DNA from: Octopus vulgaris
Lineage: Eukaryota
DNA: 64,000 nt
NCBI GenBank assembly: GCA_951406725.2
Contig: OX597837.1
Coordinates: 45,632,001-45,696,000, forward strand
Direction of reading: 5' to 3'
Position 1 is the stretch's first letter. Every line of letters begins with the position of its first letter. Below are positions 40,937-54,186 of the stretch, piece by piece. The position numbers and the translations under genes were made by a program. The notes below the pieces were generated by a model. It had not been told where the DNA came from. It did no database searches and saw only the letters and a list, made by a program, of their open reading frames with translations.

Positions 40937-42056
40937 AAGATAAAGAGAAAGAGAGAGGGGAGATATATAGATGGAGACACTGATGGATGGATGGATGGGC
41001 AGACAGACACACAGTCAGACAGACCGATAGATCGATGGATAACAGTGAAAGAGAAAAGAGAGAGACAGAGAGAGAGAACAAGCAACATGCATGCCCAGAC
41101 ACACGCAAATACAAATGTACAGACACAGATACATAGATACACACACAGAAATACATATGGACACGCATGCATGGATATTAGAGAAACGATATTATTTACA
41201 ATACGTAAGTTTGGAGATCAATATTATGAAATGCAAAGTCACAAAATTATTTGCTATTTTTTCTTTTTTATGCTACAACTATTTTCATCGTGAAAATGGT
41301 TGCATACTGAAGGACAGTAGCAGGACAGTTATTCGAGCAGTGTGGGTGACAACGCCTCTCATCCGCTCCTCTTACACACAGACACACACACATATATACA
41401 TGATCAAACAGATTCCAAAGAGGCTGGTGTTTGTCTGCATCAGCAAGACTCATATTATATAGTAAAACTGATAAAAAGTGCACAGAGAACTTGCGAGGAG
41501 GAGTGGACAATCTGAAGTTTTAGAGTCTGATGATCCTCAGAGAAAAGGTGAAAGCAGAGATATTTATATGAATATATAATACGCTCATGCTGGTGACACA
41601 CAAAATGCACTCATGCTGCTGCCATGTAAGATACAGCTGTGCCAATGCAACATAAAATGCACTTGTGCCAGTGCCGCATAGAAGCACCTGGGCTGGTAGT
41701 GCATAAAAACCACCCTGTACACTCAATGTTAAGGAGGCCATTCAGTCATAGAAACCATGCCAAAACAGACAATTGGAGTACAGACAAGTGTCATTCTGGC
41801 CAACCTGTCAGGTCATCCACACCATGCCAGTTTGGAAAGCAAACATTAAAGAACAACGATGATGATGATGATATATATATATATATATATATATATCATC
41901 ATCTTCATTTAATGTCTATTTTCCGTACTGGCATGGGGTGGAGGGTTCGACTGGAGTCTGGGAAGCCAGGAGGCTTATTTCTGTGACTGCTACTACTACT
42001 ACTATTATTATTATTATTATTATTATTACTACTACTACCATAATCATCATCATCAA

Positions 42057-42089
<33 letters not shown>

Positions 42090-42619
42090 CATTATTACTA
42101 TTATCATCATCATCATCATCATCAATATTATTATCATTACTATTATTATTATTATTATTATTATTACTACTACTATCATCATCATCATCAATATTATTAT
42201 TATTATTATTATTATTATGTTGTTGTTTTTGTTGTTTAGCTTTTGATTTATATTTGTGCAAGTTGATTCCAAGTCTCAAGCAGAGAACTCGAGAGACAAG
42301 TTAGACATTCAAGTTGGTATTATGACGAGAGTGCCATATTTTTGGCTCTGCACACAGAGTCTATTGTTTTGGAGAATGTCTGTCAAAACATAAGAAAATT
42401 AAAAGTTTCTTTTAAAAGTAATTTGATGATAAGATGAGAGTGTAAATCTTAAGATGACAGCAAAAGGTGTTTGCCATTATATACATTTAAAAGTGTTTTT
42501 CATAATGTTTATAGGCGAAAATGTTTTTGGAATCACAGAGACAATAATATGTTTCTTAGGATATGAGCAGTGCCCAGGAGCAGCATTTTTGGAATTATTA
42601 TTATTATGATTATTATGCT

Positions 42620-43005
42620 ATTTTACTTGTTTCTGTCATTTGACTGTGGCCTTGCTGGAGCACTGCCTTTAGTCAAGCAAATCAACCCCAGGACTTATTC
42701 TTTGCAAGCCTACTACTTATTCTATCAGTCTCTCTTTTGCTGAACCGCTAAGTTACGGGAACGTAAATGCACCAGCACCGGTTGTCAAGCAATGTTGGGA
42801 GGACAAACACACACACACACACACACATACATATATATATATGCATATATACAAAGGGCTTCTTTCAGTTTCCAAATCCACTCACAAGGTTTTCGTTCGC
42901 CAGAGGCTATAGTAGAAGACACTTGCCCAAGGTGCCACGCAGTGTGACTGAACCTGGAACCATGTGGTTCGTAAGCAAGCTACTTACCACCCAGCCACTC
43001 CTACA
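42620..43005 (-). mobile_element. SINE family B
   Basis: Reverse complement of the family B consensus. Confidence 0.8.
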
Positions 43006-43033
43006 CCAAAATGTTTATTATTATGATTATTAC

Positions 43034-43078
<45 letters not shown>

Positions 43079-44213
43079 GGTTGTGAACTGGCAGAATGTT
43101 TAGAATGCTTAGCAGTATTTCTGAGTCCTTAAGTTTTGAGTTCAAGTTCCCCTAAAGTCAACTTTGCCTTTCATCTTTTAGAGTCAATAAAATAAGGACC
43201 AGTTGAACACTAGGGGTCCATGTAATCAATGTCCCCCTCCCCACGAAATTGCTGACCTCACAATACAATACGTACAAGAATTATGAAGAAAAAAAAGTTC
43301 TGAGGTTGATTTGTTTGATTAAACCTTTCAAGGCATTGCCCCAGCATGGCCGTTGTCCAGTGATTACACCAAATTAAAGATAAACAAACTTCCAAGTACT
43401 GAAGTTTGTCATCTGAGGACCAGAAATGACAAAACCTGAATATTGAATCTATCAACTCACACAAGACTCTATACTGAATAAATATTATCAACCCAATCTA
43501 CCTAAGGTGGTGCTCCAGCATGGCCACAGTCAAATGACTGACACAAGTAAAAGAATAAAATGACATATATTGCATCTTATTATCAATTTCCAAAAGTGAT
43601 TCTGAAATTCCAAAAAATACACTTTGTAATACCGAATTTAGTTAATCACATTAGTTATATCAACCACTAAATAGAACATCCACCCAACCATCTTCACTAC
43701 CCTCCATCCCTGGGTGGGTTGTGGGCCTAGAGTCCTCAAGCATCTCTTCTATAAGGTCCTATCAGAAGCAACTGTCATTAGATTTTCAAACTGGATTCCC
43801 AAGTGTGAGCAGCTTAGTCTTTGGATATTATCCAAATGCCATGCTCTTCGTCTACTCTAAGAACTTCTGCTGGTTGCCTCAGTTTCAAGAATCTGTTTTA
43901 TGGTTCTTTCGTGCGAATTCTAATGATGTTGGCAGAATTGGAGCTGTGAGCTCTCATTGTGTAGAATTTGCAGCTTGACCTGGCAAGACACTCTGATCTC
44001 TGAACTATGACCCCCGCTATAGAACAAGGTTCGGTAAAGGTAGCCTGCACATGTCACAATATGTATGCGAGGTGACGTAATGATTTATTTGGGCTTCTGG
44101 TTTGGCATATTGAAATTAATGAAATCATTGCAATAAAGTTTGCTGATTGACAACCGTAAAATGGAAGTACCAAGCTGTTGAATATTCTTGATAGATTCCT
44201 TCTGTCACACTCA

Positions 44214-44251
<38 letters not shown>

Positions 44252-44586
44252 CACAAGCACACACACACACACACCTGAAGTAGTTGTAAAAGTTTGAAAT
44301 TTAGAATTTCACATACAGGTCTGTATTTGTATAACTTATTACATTTGTGCCGCGTGTGTGTGTGCGTGTATGTGAGTATGTGTGGGGGTGTACGGGCATG
44401 TATATATTTACACACTATTACTTACAGCTATTTCAAGTTCTGTCATGGAAAACTATGCGTGTTTGTGTGTGAATACATGTGCATAGGTATTTATATATAT
44501 TGGGTCATCCCATAAATAATGTGTTTTTTTTATAATTGGACAGATAGAGAGATAGGTAGATAGATAGATAGATACACATATATATC

Positions 44587-44644
<58 letters not shown>

Positions 44645-44990
44645 CAGTTGCAGCCAAAATGTTCAGAACGGCATTGTTTTCGTCAGAAAAGTAGGTATAA
44701 GTCTTTATTAAAGTTGTTCTATACTCTATAATTTTCACAGACAATAAATACAATATTAATTGTTATTAACCGTTCTGATCATTTTGGCTGCCATGGGTTT
44801 TGCAGTAAATCACTAAATCATCCATAACTTTTGTATTATCTTCTCAAATTACACCAAAATCTCAGACAATAACAAATAATATCGTATTTATTGTCAGTGA
44901 AAATTATAGTATATAAAACAACTTTAATAAAAAATTATACCTACTTTTCTGACGAAAACACTGCCATTCTGAACATTTTGGCCGCAACTG
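44645..44990. mobile_element. Tc1/mariner-type MITE
   Basis: TA|cagttgcagccaaaatgttcagaa ... ttctgaacattttggccgcaactg|TA. Imperfect TIRs of about 120 bp, with an internal partial TIR copy near 44770. Confidence 0.88.
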
Positions 44991-45032
44991 TACATACATA
45001 TACATTCATACATATAAATAATTCATACAGGT

Positions 45033-45087
<55 letters not shown>

Positions 45088-45325
45088 TATAAAGGATAAA
45101 AATCTTTCCTAAGTCATTATAGACTCCTAGACCTGGTCTCCCGGATTCTGTGACATACATATTTAAAGCGCTGAATGGGGAAGCCAGTCTGTCCTAGGAT
45201 TATTCCTTTTTACCCCATGAATGGACTGGAGCAACATGAGATTACAACACATTGCCTAGTTGAAGAACTGAAACCACAATCTTACAATCATAAGTGCATC
45301 ACACTTACCACTGAGCCATGTGCCT

Positions 45326-45355
<30 letters not shown>

Positions 45356-45359
<4 letters not shown>

Positions 45360-45663
45360 TAGAAAAAAACCACCTTTTATCAATTCAAAATGAACGATTA
45401 AATTATACCATCTAGAAAATTACATATAATAGAAATATTAAAATTAAAATAACAATAATATACCGATGATTAAGTAAATTGCAAAATAATAATAAAAACG
45501 TATATATTTGGTATTTATATGTTTTTATTATTATTTTGCAATTTACTTAATCATTAGTATATTATTGTTATTTTAATTTTAATATTTCTATTATATGTAA
45601 TTTTCTAGATGGTGTAATTTAATTGTTCATTTTGAATTGATAAAAGGTGTTTTTTTCTAATTT
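45356..45663. mobile_element. Foldback palindromic element (MITE-like) in a TA tract
   Basis: About 150-bp near-perfect inverted arms with only a few nt of spacer. Confidence 0.75.
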
Positions 45664-45669
45664 TCATAT

Positions 45670-46050
45670 ATACTCTTTTACTTATTTCAGTCATTTGACT
45701 GTGGCCATGCTGGAGCACTGCCTTTAGTCGAGCAATCGACGCCAGGACTTATTCTTTGTAAGCCTAGTACTTATTCTATTGGTCTCTTTTGCCGAACCGC
45801 TAAGTTACGGGGAAGTAAACATGCCAGCATCAGTTGTCAAGCGATGTTGGGGGGACAAACACACACACACACATATATATACATACATATATATATACAA
45901 CGGGCTTCTTTCAGTTTCCGTCTACCAAACCCACTCACGAAGCTTTGGTCGAACCGAGGCTATAGTAGAAGACACTTGCCCAAGGTGCCACGCATTGAGA
46001 CTGAACCCGGAACCATGTGGTTGGTAGGCAAGCTACTTACCACACAGCCA
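45670..46050 (-). mobile_element. SINE family B
   Basis: Reverse complement of the family B consensus. Confidence 0.82.
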
Positions 46051-47447
46051 TATATTTTGTGAAATTTGATTTAGTATTTCTAAACTGAATTTTTCCCTGT
46101 AAGTTAGGAATAATATTCCCTCAAATAATTATTATTATATATATAAGCACACTCACACAACTATATGCCAAAGTTGGGGCCAGATTTGTAGGGGTTACAA
46201 AAGAGTGCAACCAAGCAACCCTCTCCATACAATATTAATTATAACCAGTTATGAAATATTCTGACAGTTGAAACCTGGAACCTTTAGGCTGTGAAATTGG
46301 CAAACATGGGGAAGGTTGTTGTTGTTGTTGTTGTTGTTAGTGTAGCCATTACTATATTTGTTGCTGTTACCATAGATTCTACTATTGCTGTTCTTGCTGT
46401 TGTTGTTATTGTTGTTGCTGCTGTTGCTGTGATTAATGTTAATGTTATTGTTGTTTGTTTTATTTTGTGTGTTTTGTTTTATATTGTTTTAGTTTTTTTT
46501 GTTTGAGGGGGTGGGCATGTTGCTTCGTTTTAGTTTGTATAGTAAGGAGGGAGGGAGGGAGGGAGGGGAAGGGAATATGCATTAAGAAACATTGGCGTGC
46601 GTGTGTGTGTGTGTGTGTGTGGGTATGCATGCATGTGCTTGTGTCTATTTGAGTGTGTATGTGTACGTGTGTTAGAGTATGTGTATAGGTGTGTGTGTGT
46701 GTGTGTGTGTGTGTGAGTGTGCCCAAGTGTGCTTGTGTGTCAGTCCGAGTGTGTAAGTGTATGTATGTGTGTCTCTGTGTTAGTGTGTGTGTGTATGTAC
46801 TTATGTAATAGAAAGAGAAAGAGAGAGAGAGTGTGTGTATGTGTGTGTGTGTGTGTGAATATGTCATTGTGTGTGACTGTGCATGTGTGTGCTTGTCTGT
46901 CTGAGTATGCATATGCATGTGTGCAAATATGAGTGTGTGCATGTGAATGTGTGTGTGAGTCTATGTGTGTACCAGTGTGTCTGTCTATTTGTGCATGTAT
47001 GTATGTGTGTGTGTTACTGCATGTGAGGGTGTGTCTGTCCACGTATCCGTATATGTCTCTGTTGCTCCAACAAACTGCAAACAACAGTGTATTGTTTATG
47101 CTGTTATCGTTGTGGTGGCAGTGGTAATATCAGTGGGGCCACAGTAGTGGTGGTGGTGGTAGTTTGGTGATGATGATAATGGCCCTTAAGGTCAATAACG
47201 GTGAGAGTGTGATAACGGTGATAACAGTTATAATGTTCCTACTGGTGATAATAATGACAATGGTGATGTGATATATTGACAATAATGTTGATAATGGGGC
47301 CATAATAACGATAATGTCTTCCACGCAAGTTTCCAGGTAACTCCATACTTCCAAATGGTTTCTTTCTACCCTAAAAAACTTAAAACACTTTAAGATGGAT
47401 CAGAAATGAACATCAAAGTAAATTTCTTAGCCATTCAGCACGCACAC

Positions 47448-47815
47448 ATGGCTGTGTGGTAAGTAGCTTGCTTATGAACCACATGGTTCCGGGTTCAGTC
47501 CCACTGCGTGGCACCTTGGGCAAGTGTCTTCTGCTATAGCCTTGGGCCGACCAAAGCCTTCTGAGTGGATTTGGTAGACGGAAACTGAAAGAAGCTCGTC
47601 GTATATATGTATGTGTGTGTGTCTGTGTTTGTCCCCCAACATCGCTTGACAACCGATGCTGGTGTGTTTACGTCCCCGTAACTTAGCGGTTCGGCAAAAG
47701 AGACCGATAAAATAAGTACTAGGCTTACAAAGAATAAGTCCTGGGGGCAATTTGCTTGACTAAAGTCGGTGCTCCAGCATGGCCACAGTCAAATGACTGA
47801 AACAAGTAAAAGAGT
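47448..47815 (+). mobile_element. SINE family B
   Basis: Same consensus as 62108-62505. Confidence 0.85.
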
Positions 47816-49542
47816 AGAAGAGAGAGAGTATATATTTACTATATAAATGTGAGTGTATTTGGTTATGTATGTGCGTTTAGCTCTGAAAGGCTCTGGAATG
47901 AGGCATCTTCAAGAAAAACAAACTGATATTTGAAATCTGTGTCCCAAAGGAAATGTTGTCCATAAATAATAATAAAAAAAAATAATTTGCTACAGTCCAA
48001 CCCATGCCAGCATGGAAAGCAGACATTAAATGATGATGATAAGAAATAACTCTGCCACTCTCTATCTGTCACCATCAGTCTATCTCTGTTCAATTTCATT
48101 TTATGACAGCTATCACATACAAATCTTGTTTTCTGATTGAGTACAAATGATCAAAATTTAAATCTCTGTAACATTTTTCTAAAATGTTTATTGAATAAAT
48201 GAATGACAAGCTCAGATTCAGCATGAAAAACTACATCAATATAGCAAATTTGTAAATTTTCACTGAATTTTAAAATTTCAAGATCTGTGACAGTAACAGA
48301 GAAGGTCTCTGTATTTGTCTATGTCCGCTTTCCATGCTGGTATTGGTTGGATGAGTTGACTGAGGACTGGGAAACCAGGCTCCAGTCTTGATCTGGCAGA
48401 GTTTCTACAGCTGGATGCCCTTCCTAATGCCAACCACTCCGAGAGTGTAGTGGGTGCTTTTACGTGCCACCGGCACGAGGGCCAATCAGGCGGTACTGGC
48501 AATGGCCACACTCAAATGGTGTTTTATATATATATATATATATATTCATATACATATATACACACACACACACACACATACACACATAGGAGAACATAGT
48601 TGTAAAGCAAGGTGAAAAATAGCACCCAAATATCAAAAGGTAGACTCAATCATAGTGTTTTATTGAAGTAAAAAAATTCTTCACAAACAGTTTGTGAAGT
48701 TTTTCAGCTTCTAAATATATATAGACACACAACAGGATTCATTCAGTTTCTGTCCATTAAATCTACATTTACTCACAAGGGACTAAAGTAGACAGCACGT
48801 TTGGGAATCGACATTCTTTATGACACAGCCATGCCTGTGCTTATATCAATACACACATATAAGTATGTATATACATCATCATAATAATTTAATGCCCATT
48901 TTCCATGCTATAAATCTTTCACCTTTTTCCCTTCTCTATAAATATTTACTACACTCTCCATCTTGAAGTGTATAGCTCACACTGAACATGTGTGTTTTTA
49001 TCAGTGTGTGTGTGTGTGCATGTGTAAGGAGTTTCATTAGGGCAACAGGGTGATTCAAAAGAAGTATGTAAAGGATAATCTATTTTAATAGCATATTTTT
49101 CTCTTAGTAAAAATGCTTTTGCTTACACACACGCACACACACACACACACACACACAAAGAGGCTCACTAGGTTCAGGATGGGGGGGGGGTTAAAAGTTT
49201 AAATTACAACATTTTTTTTTGTCATTGCTTAAGTTCCAGCAATGGACCACCCCATCATCATTCCATAAAATGCTGTAATGGGGGCAAAAACATATAAAAG
49301 CATGAATACATGTGACAAAGAAACAAGGAAGGTATCAGGTGGTTGTGGGATGCGCTAAAAACAGAAGCAATAGCTAAAATCTCCCTTAAATCACATGCCA
49401 TTTTTGCCTGAAAATTATAAAATTATAAGCAGAAACAAATGGAACCGTGCGGCTGGGATGCGAGCTTCTTACCACACAGCCAAGTCTGTACCGAAATAAA
49501 CTCAACAACAATAAAATACAATAAAAACCAGTAATAACCTAC

Positions 49543-49641
49543 CAACAAGATTAGATTTTGGGGTACACCATTTCAAAGTAACCGTATCTGTTGGTAACCC
49601 TTCTTTTGATGCAATTATGAGGCCTTCAGCGTGTCCACCTA
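49543..49641 (-). CDS. INTS13: INTS13 internal exon, 99 nt (96 nt with the second AG), phase 1-1
   Basis: ttttcgtcag|tag acceptor, G|gtaggt donor. Translates (V)GGHAEGLIIASKEGLPTDTVTLKWCTPKSNLV, containing the INTS13 motif TLKWCTP. Confidence 0.92.
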
Positions 49642-49926
49642 CTGACGAAAAAAAATTAGAGAAAGAAACAAAAACTACGGAGAAATTTAGAAATAAAATA
49701 CAAAAATCAATATCAATACTGTAAAGATAAATATAAAAAAAAGATGATTTAATTCAATTGCTTTCATTTCTGTTCAATAAAATTTACTGTTGTATGATGA
49801 CTATAAATTCTGTTTCGAGAATTTCTTGACTGCATAAAACAGAACACTAACAATTGGTAGGTTCTTCAAATAATAAGCTTGGTACTAATGATAATAATAA
49901 TAAAGTTTTTATTCTATAACAACATA

Positions 49927-49968
<42 letters not shown>

Positions 49969-50241
49969 CATCATCATCATCGTTTAACGTCTGTTTTCTG
50001 TGCTAGCACGGGTTGGACGGTTCGACCGGGGTCTGGGAAGCCAGGGGCTGCACCGGGCTCCAGTCTGATCTGGCAGAGTTTCTACAGCTGGATGCCCTTC
50101 TTAACGCCAACCACTCCGAGAGTGTAGTGGGTGCTTTTTACGTGTCACCTGCACAGGTGCCAGGGGGGTCCGGCATCGGCCACGATCGGTTGGAGATTTT
50201 AACGTGCCACCGGCACGGAAGCCAGCCAAGGCGGCGCTGGC

Positions 50242-50281
<40 letters not shown>

Positions 50282-50289
50282 CAATGATG

Positions 50290-50950
50290 ATTTATATTGG
50301 AAAATATGTAAGCACTACAAAATCGGCACTCCTGCTTACTGGTATGAAGATCAACCTGAGCCCATCGCTGGAGGTAAAAATGTCTCTGTCTTCTGGGATT
50401 TTCCAGTCAGCACCGATGGAACAATGCAAGCTAAATGACCAGACATTATTATTAAAGGATGTGAGAGAAAATACTTGTTGACTTATAGGGGATAAAAATA
50501 CATCTGTAAAGGAATTTGACAAATTAAGTAAATATAAGGAACTGGGAATTGAAATACAAAAGTTGTGGCATCTTTAAGCAAGAACTCTTTCTGTTATTGT
50601 AGGTGCCCTAGGGATGTCAGGAACATCTAAAAGTGATTTAAAACTGGAAACGGGGGCTCTAATCTGTGCTGCCCAAGAGCAAGCACTAAGAACAGACTAC
50701 ATAAAATACAGAATAGACAACACATCAGAAAGTGATAAGTGCAGAATCTGTGGACAAAACAGTGAAACTGTATGGTATATTACCAGCTAATGTACGCCAC
50801 TAGCCCAGAAGGAATATAAGAGAGGCCATGACAATATTGCCAGGTTTGTCCATTGGACACTTTGCAACAAGTATGGACTTGACAGAACAAAAATTGGTAC
50901 GACCACAAACCTGAAGGCATCATCAAAAATAGAAATGCAAAGATCCTATG
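50290..50950 (+). mobile_element. Non-LTR retrotransposon (RLE-bearing, R4/Dong-like) fragments
   Basis: YWKICKHY..WY..QPEP..FWDF..TD...PDIIIKD...KLSKYKELGIEI...VIVGALGM, followed by ETGALICAAQEQAL...KCRICG...KRGHDNIARFVHW...KILWD. Contains stops, adjacent to (TAA)n. Confidence 0.85.
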
Positions 50951-50970
50951 GGATCTTTGCATTTCTATTT
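50927..50970. repeat. 20-bp perfect foldback at LINE truncation point
   Basis: aaatagaaatgcaaagatcc-tatg-ggatctttgcatttctattt. Confidence 0.92.
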
Positions 50971-51336
50971 CTGCTGAGGTCAGCTTTACCTTTCATAAGT
51001 ACCAGTTGAACACTGGGGTCAATGTAGTAATTGACTTACCCCCTCCCCCACTGAAATTCCGGGCCAAAATTTGAAATTTAGGCTTATTCGTTTATTCATT
51101 TACTTGTTTCAGTCATTTGACTGTAGCCATGCTGGAGCACCAACTTAAAGGGTTTTTAGTCAAAGAAATCAATCTCGGGACTTGTTATTTGTAACCCTAG
51201 TACTTCTATCAGTTTCTTTTGCTGAACATCACGGGGACATAAACACAGCAGCATTGGTTGTCAAGCAATGGTGGTGGGGAAGGGGGAATATACATGCACA
51301 TCTAATTACATACATACATAATTACATACATACTTG

Positions 51337-51376
<40 letters not shown>

Positions 51377-52603
51377 TACATACACACACACACAATCGGT
51401 TTCTTTCAGTTTCCGTCTGCCAAATCCACTCACACAGCTTTGGTCAGCCCAAGTAAATGACACTTACCCTAGGTGCCACACGGTGAGACTGAACCCGGAA
51501 CCATATGGTTAGGAAGCAAACTTCTTACCACACAGTCATGCTTGTGCTATGATCAGCATTTTAAGGGAATGGGATCAGTTAATGCTATCAACCCCAATAC
51601 TTTACTGATACTTTATTGACATTAAAAAGATGGAAGGCAATACTGACCTTGGCAGGATTTGAACTCAGAATGTAAAGAGCCAGAAGAAATGGCAGCAAGC
51701 ATTTTGTTCAATACTCTAAGGTTCTGGCAGTTATTCAACACGACTACCATATCAAATATATCATGTCAAAATGCAACACAAACCATATCATTTACATGAC
51801 AAAGCAAAGCTAATTAAAATCTGCCCTTTGCTCATAAGATGAGGAATCATCCATGGAGATTCACCATCCTCTCCACTCTCCTCTCCAGCTCTGACCACCA
51901 TTGAAAGAAGCCACCAATGGCTATAAATACTACGAACAAACTATAAACCATCTCCTTTAAATGCATGACATAAAAATATTTAAAAGAGACAGTATCGACT
52001 TTCAAAATGTACTAAAAATTGTTCATAAAGTTAACCAGGACATAAAGATGTGTGGAGGGTTAGACAAACATACATGAAGGGGATTATTAGCTGGAAGTAG
52101 GGACACTAAATTAGAGAGAGAGAGAGAGAATGAGAGAGAGAGAGGTACTGGAATCAAAAGCTTAGAACAGAAGCAACCGTATTTAGGAAGAGATGAAAAT
52201 GATAGGATATGACTCAATACTAGAAATAAAATAATAGGTATAAATACACCAGTTATTAGAGTGATAAACTTTAACATAACATATTTAGGAAGCGATAAAA
52301 CTGGTGAATATACAACACAAAGAACTAAAGAGGGAAATTGGGAAACAGTATAACAGAAGAATTGGACTAGCACTGGAAATGTAAGTCAGAAAATAAAATA
52401 ATGCAGTTGTGTGGTGGGAAGCTTGCTTTCCAGCCATATGGCTCTGGGTAAGTGTTATCTGCTGTAGCCTCGAGCCAACCAAAGCTTTGTGAGTAGATTT
52501 GGTAGACAGAAACTGAAAGAAGCTCATCGTGTGTGTGTGTATATATATATGTATACATATATAGACAGATTGATAGATAGATAGATAGATAGATAGATAT
52601 ATG

Positions 52604-52644
<41 letters not shown>

Positions 52645-52664
52645 TGATCAAAATATGATATTCA

Positions 52665-52733
52665 GCGGTACATATGTTTGGGCCTTTATTAGACAGATTT
52701 ATAACAATGCATAATATGGCCTTCTTCAGCCGC
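52665..52733 (-). ncRNA. Degenerate minimal type I hammerhead ribozyme motif (Penelope-like element tail)
   Basis: Minus strand gcgg-CTGAAGA-a-ggcc...ggcc-CAAA-catatGTA-ccgc. Stem I gcgg/ccgc, stem II ggcc/ggcc, palindromic short stem III, GUA site. The conserved GAAA reads CAAA, so it is probably inactive. Confidence 0.65.
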
Positions 52734-53059
52734 GCACAACAGCTTCCACAAGGACATGTGTTACATCAAAAATTCTTGGTTGGGGATGCAAATCCTCCCA
52801 TGAGAGAAGAAAGACAGGTGCTTATAATTATCAAGTATATATATATATATATATATATATGAATATGTGAAGGTGCATGGCTCAGTGGTCAGGCTTCTTT
52901 CAGTTTCTTTCTACCAAATCTACTTACAAGGCTTTGGTGGTCCCAAAGCGAGATTAGAAGACATTTGCCAAAGGATGTGGGCTGTTCCTAGCAGGGCTAC
53001 TTTTGGGATCGTGTGTAGTGTAGAGAATGCAGGTAAAGCTTCTACACTTTTTGGGGTTT

Positions 53060-53300
53060 TTTTTCTTTTTTAATCATGCCCAATGTTCCAATTATTACTG
53101 GTGTCTTTTTCACTTTCATGTTCCACATCTTGAATACTTTATTCCAATCCTTGACTATTATGTCTGGACGACTAGCTTTTATTTCTTTGTCAGTTTGAAC
53201 AGGTAATATCGCAGATGACTGTGGCCTGGTCGTTGTCTTGTACCTGGTTTGGCACATGTTTATACCATTTACAGTCAGTTTTTATGTTGTTGTGTTGGAA
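53060..53300 (-). mobile_element. RLE-type LINE fragment
   Basis: PVQTDKEIKASRPDIIVKD...MWNMKVKKTPVIIGTLGMI. Confidence 0.75.
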
Positions 53301-53523
53301 TATTGTCTACAGGCAGCAAGATGGCAGAATTGGTAACATGCCAGACAAAATACTTAGCTGCATTTTGTTCATTTTTTTTTTTTTACAGTCTGAGTTCAAA
53401 TTTCAATGAAGTCAACTTTGCTCTTCATCATTTTGGGGTCAAGTACCACTCAAGCACTGGGGTCAATGTAACATCTCACAAAATTTCAGTCCTTGTGGCC
53501 ATAGTCAAAAGGATTATTATTAA

Positions 53524-53559
<36 letters not shown>

Positions 53560-53808
53560 GGTAGGGAGCTGGCAGAATCGTTAGCACACCAAGTGAAATA
53601 CTTAGTGATATTCTGTCCAGTTTTGCATTCTGAGTTCAAATCCCACTGGGGTTGACTTTGCTTTTCATCCTTTCAGGGTTAATAAAATAAGTACTAGATG
53701 AGTACTGAAGTCAACATATTCGTCTTACCCCCTCCTTCAAATTGCTGGCCTGATGCCAAAATTCGAAACCATTATAATCATCATCATTATTATTATTATT
53801 ATTATTAT

Positions 53809-53875
<67 letters not shown>

Positions 53876-54151
53876 GCTGCGACAAGCCGACAGGATTGTT
53901 AGCAGAGCAGACAAAATGCTCAGTAGTATTTTTGCCCATCTCTACAGCCTGAGTTCAAATTTCAATGAAGTCACCTTTGCTATTCATTCTTCCAGGGTCG
54001 ACAAAAGTAAGTACCAGTCAAGTAGTTCTGGTGATGTAATCAACTTAGCCCCCTCCCCTCAAAAACCAACAGTCCTCTGCCAAAATTTGGAACCAATATT
54101 ATTATCATTATTATTATTATTATTATTATTATCATTATCATAATTATTATT

Positions 54152-54186
<35 letters not shown>

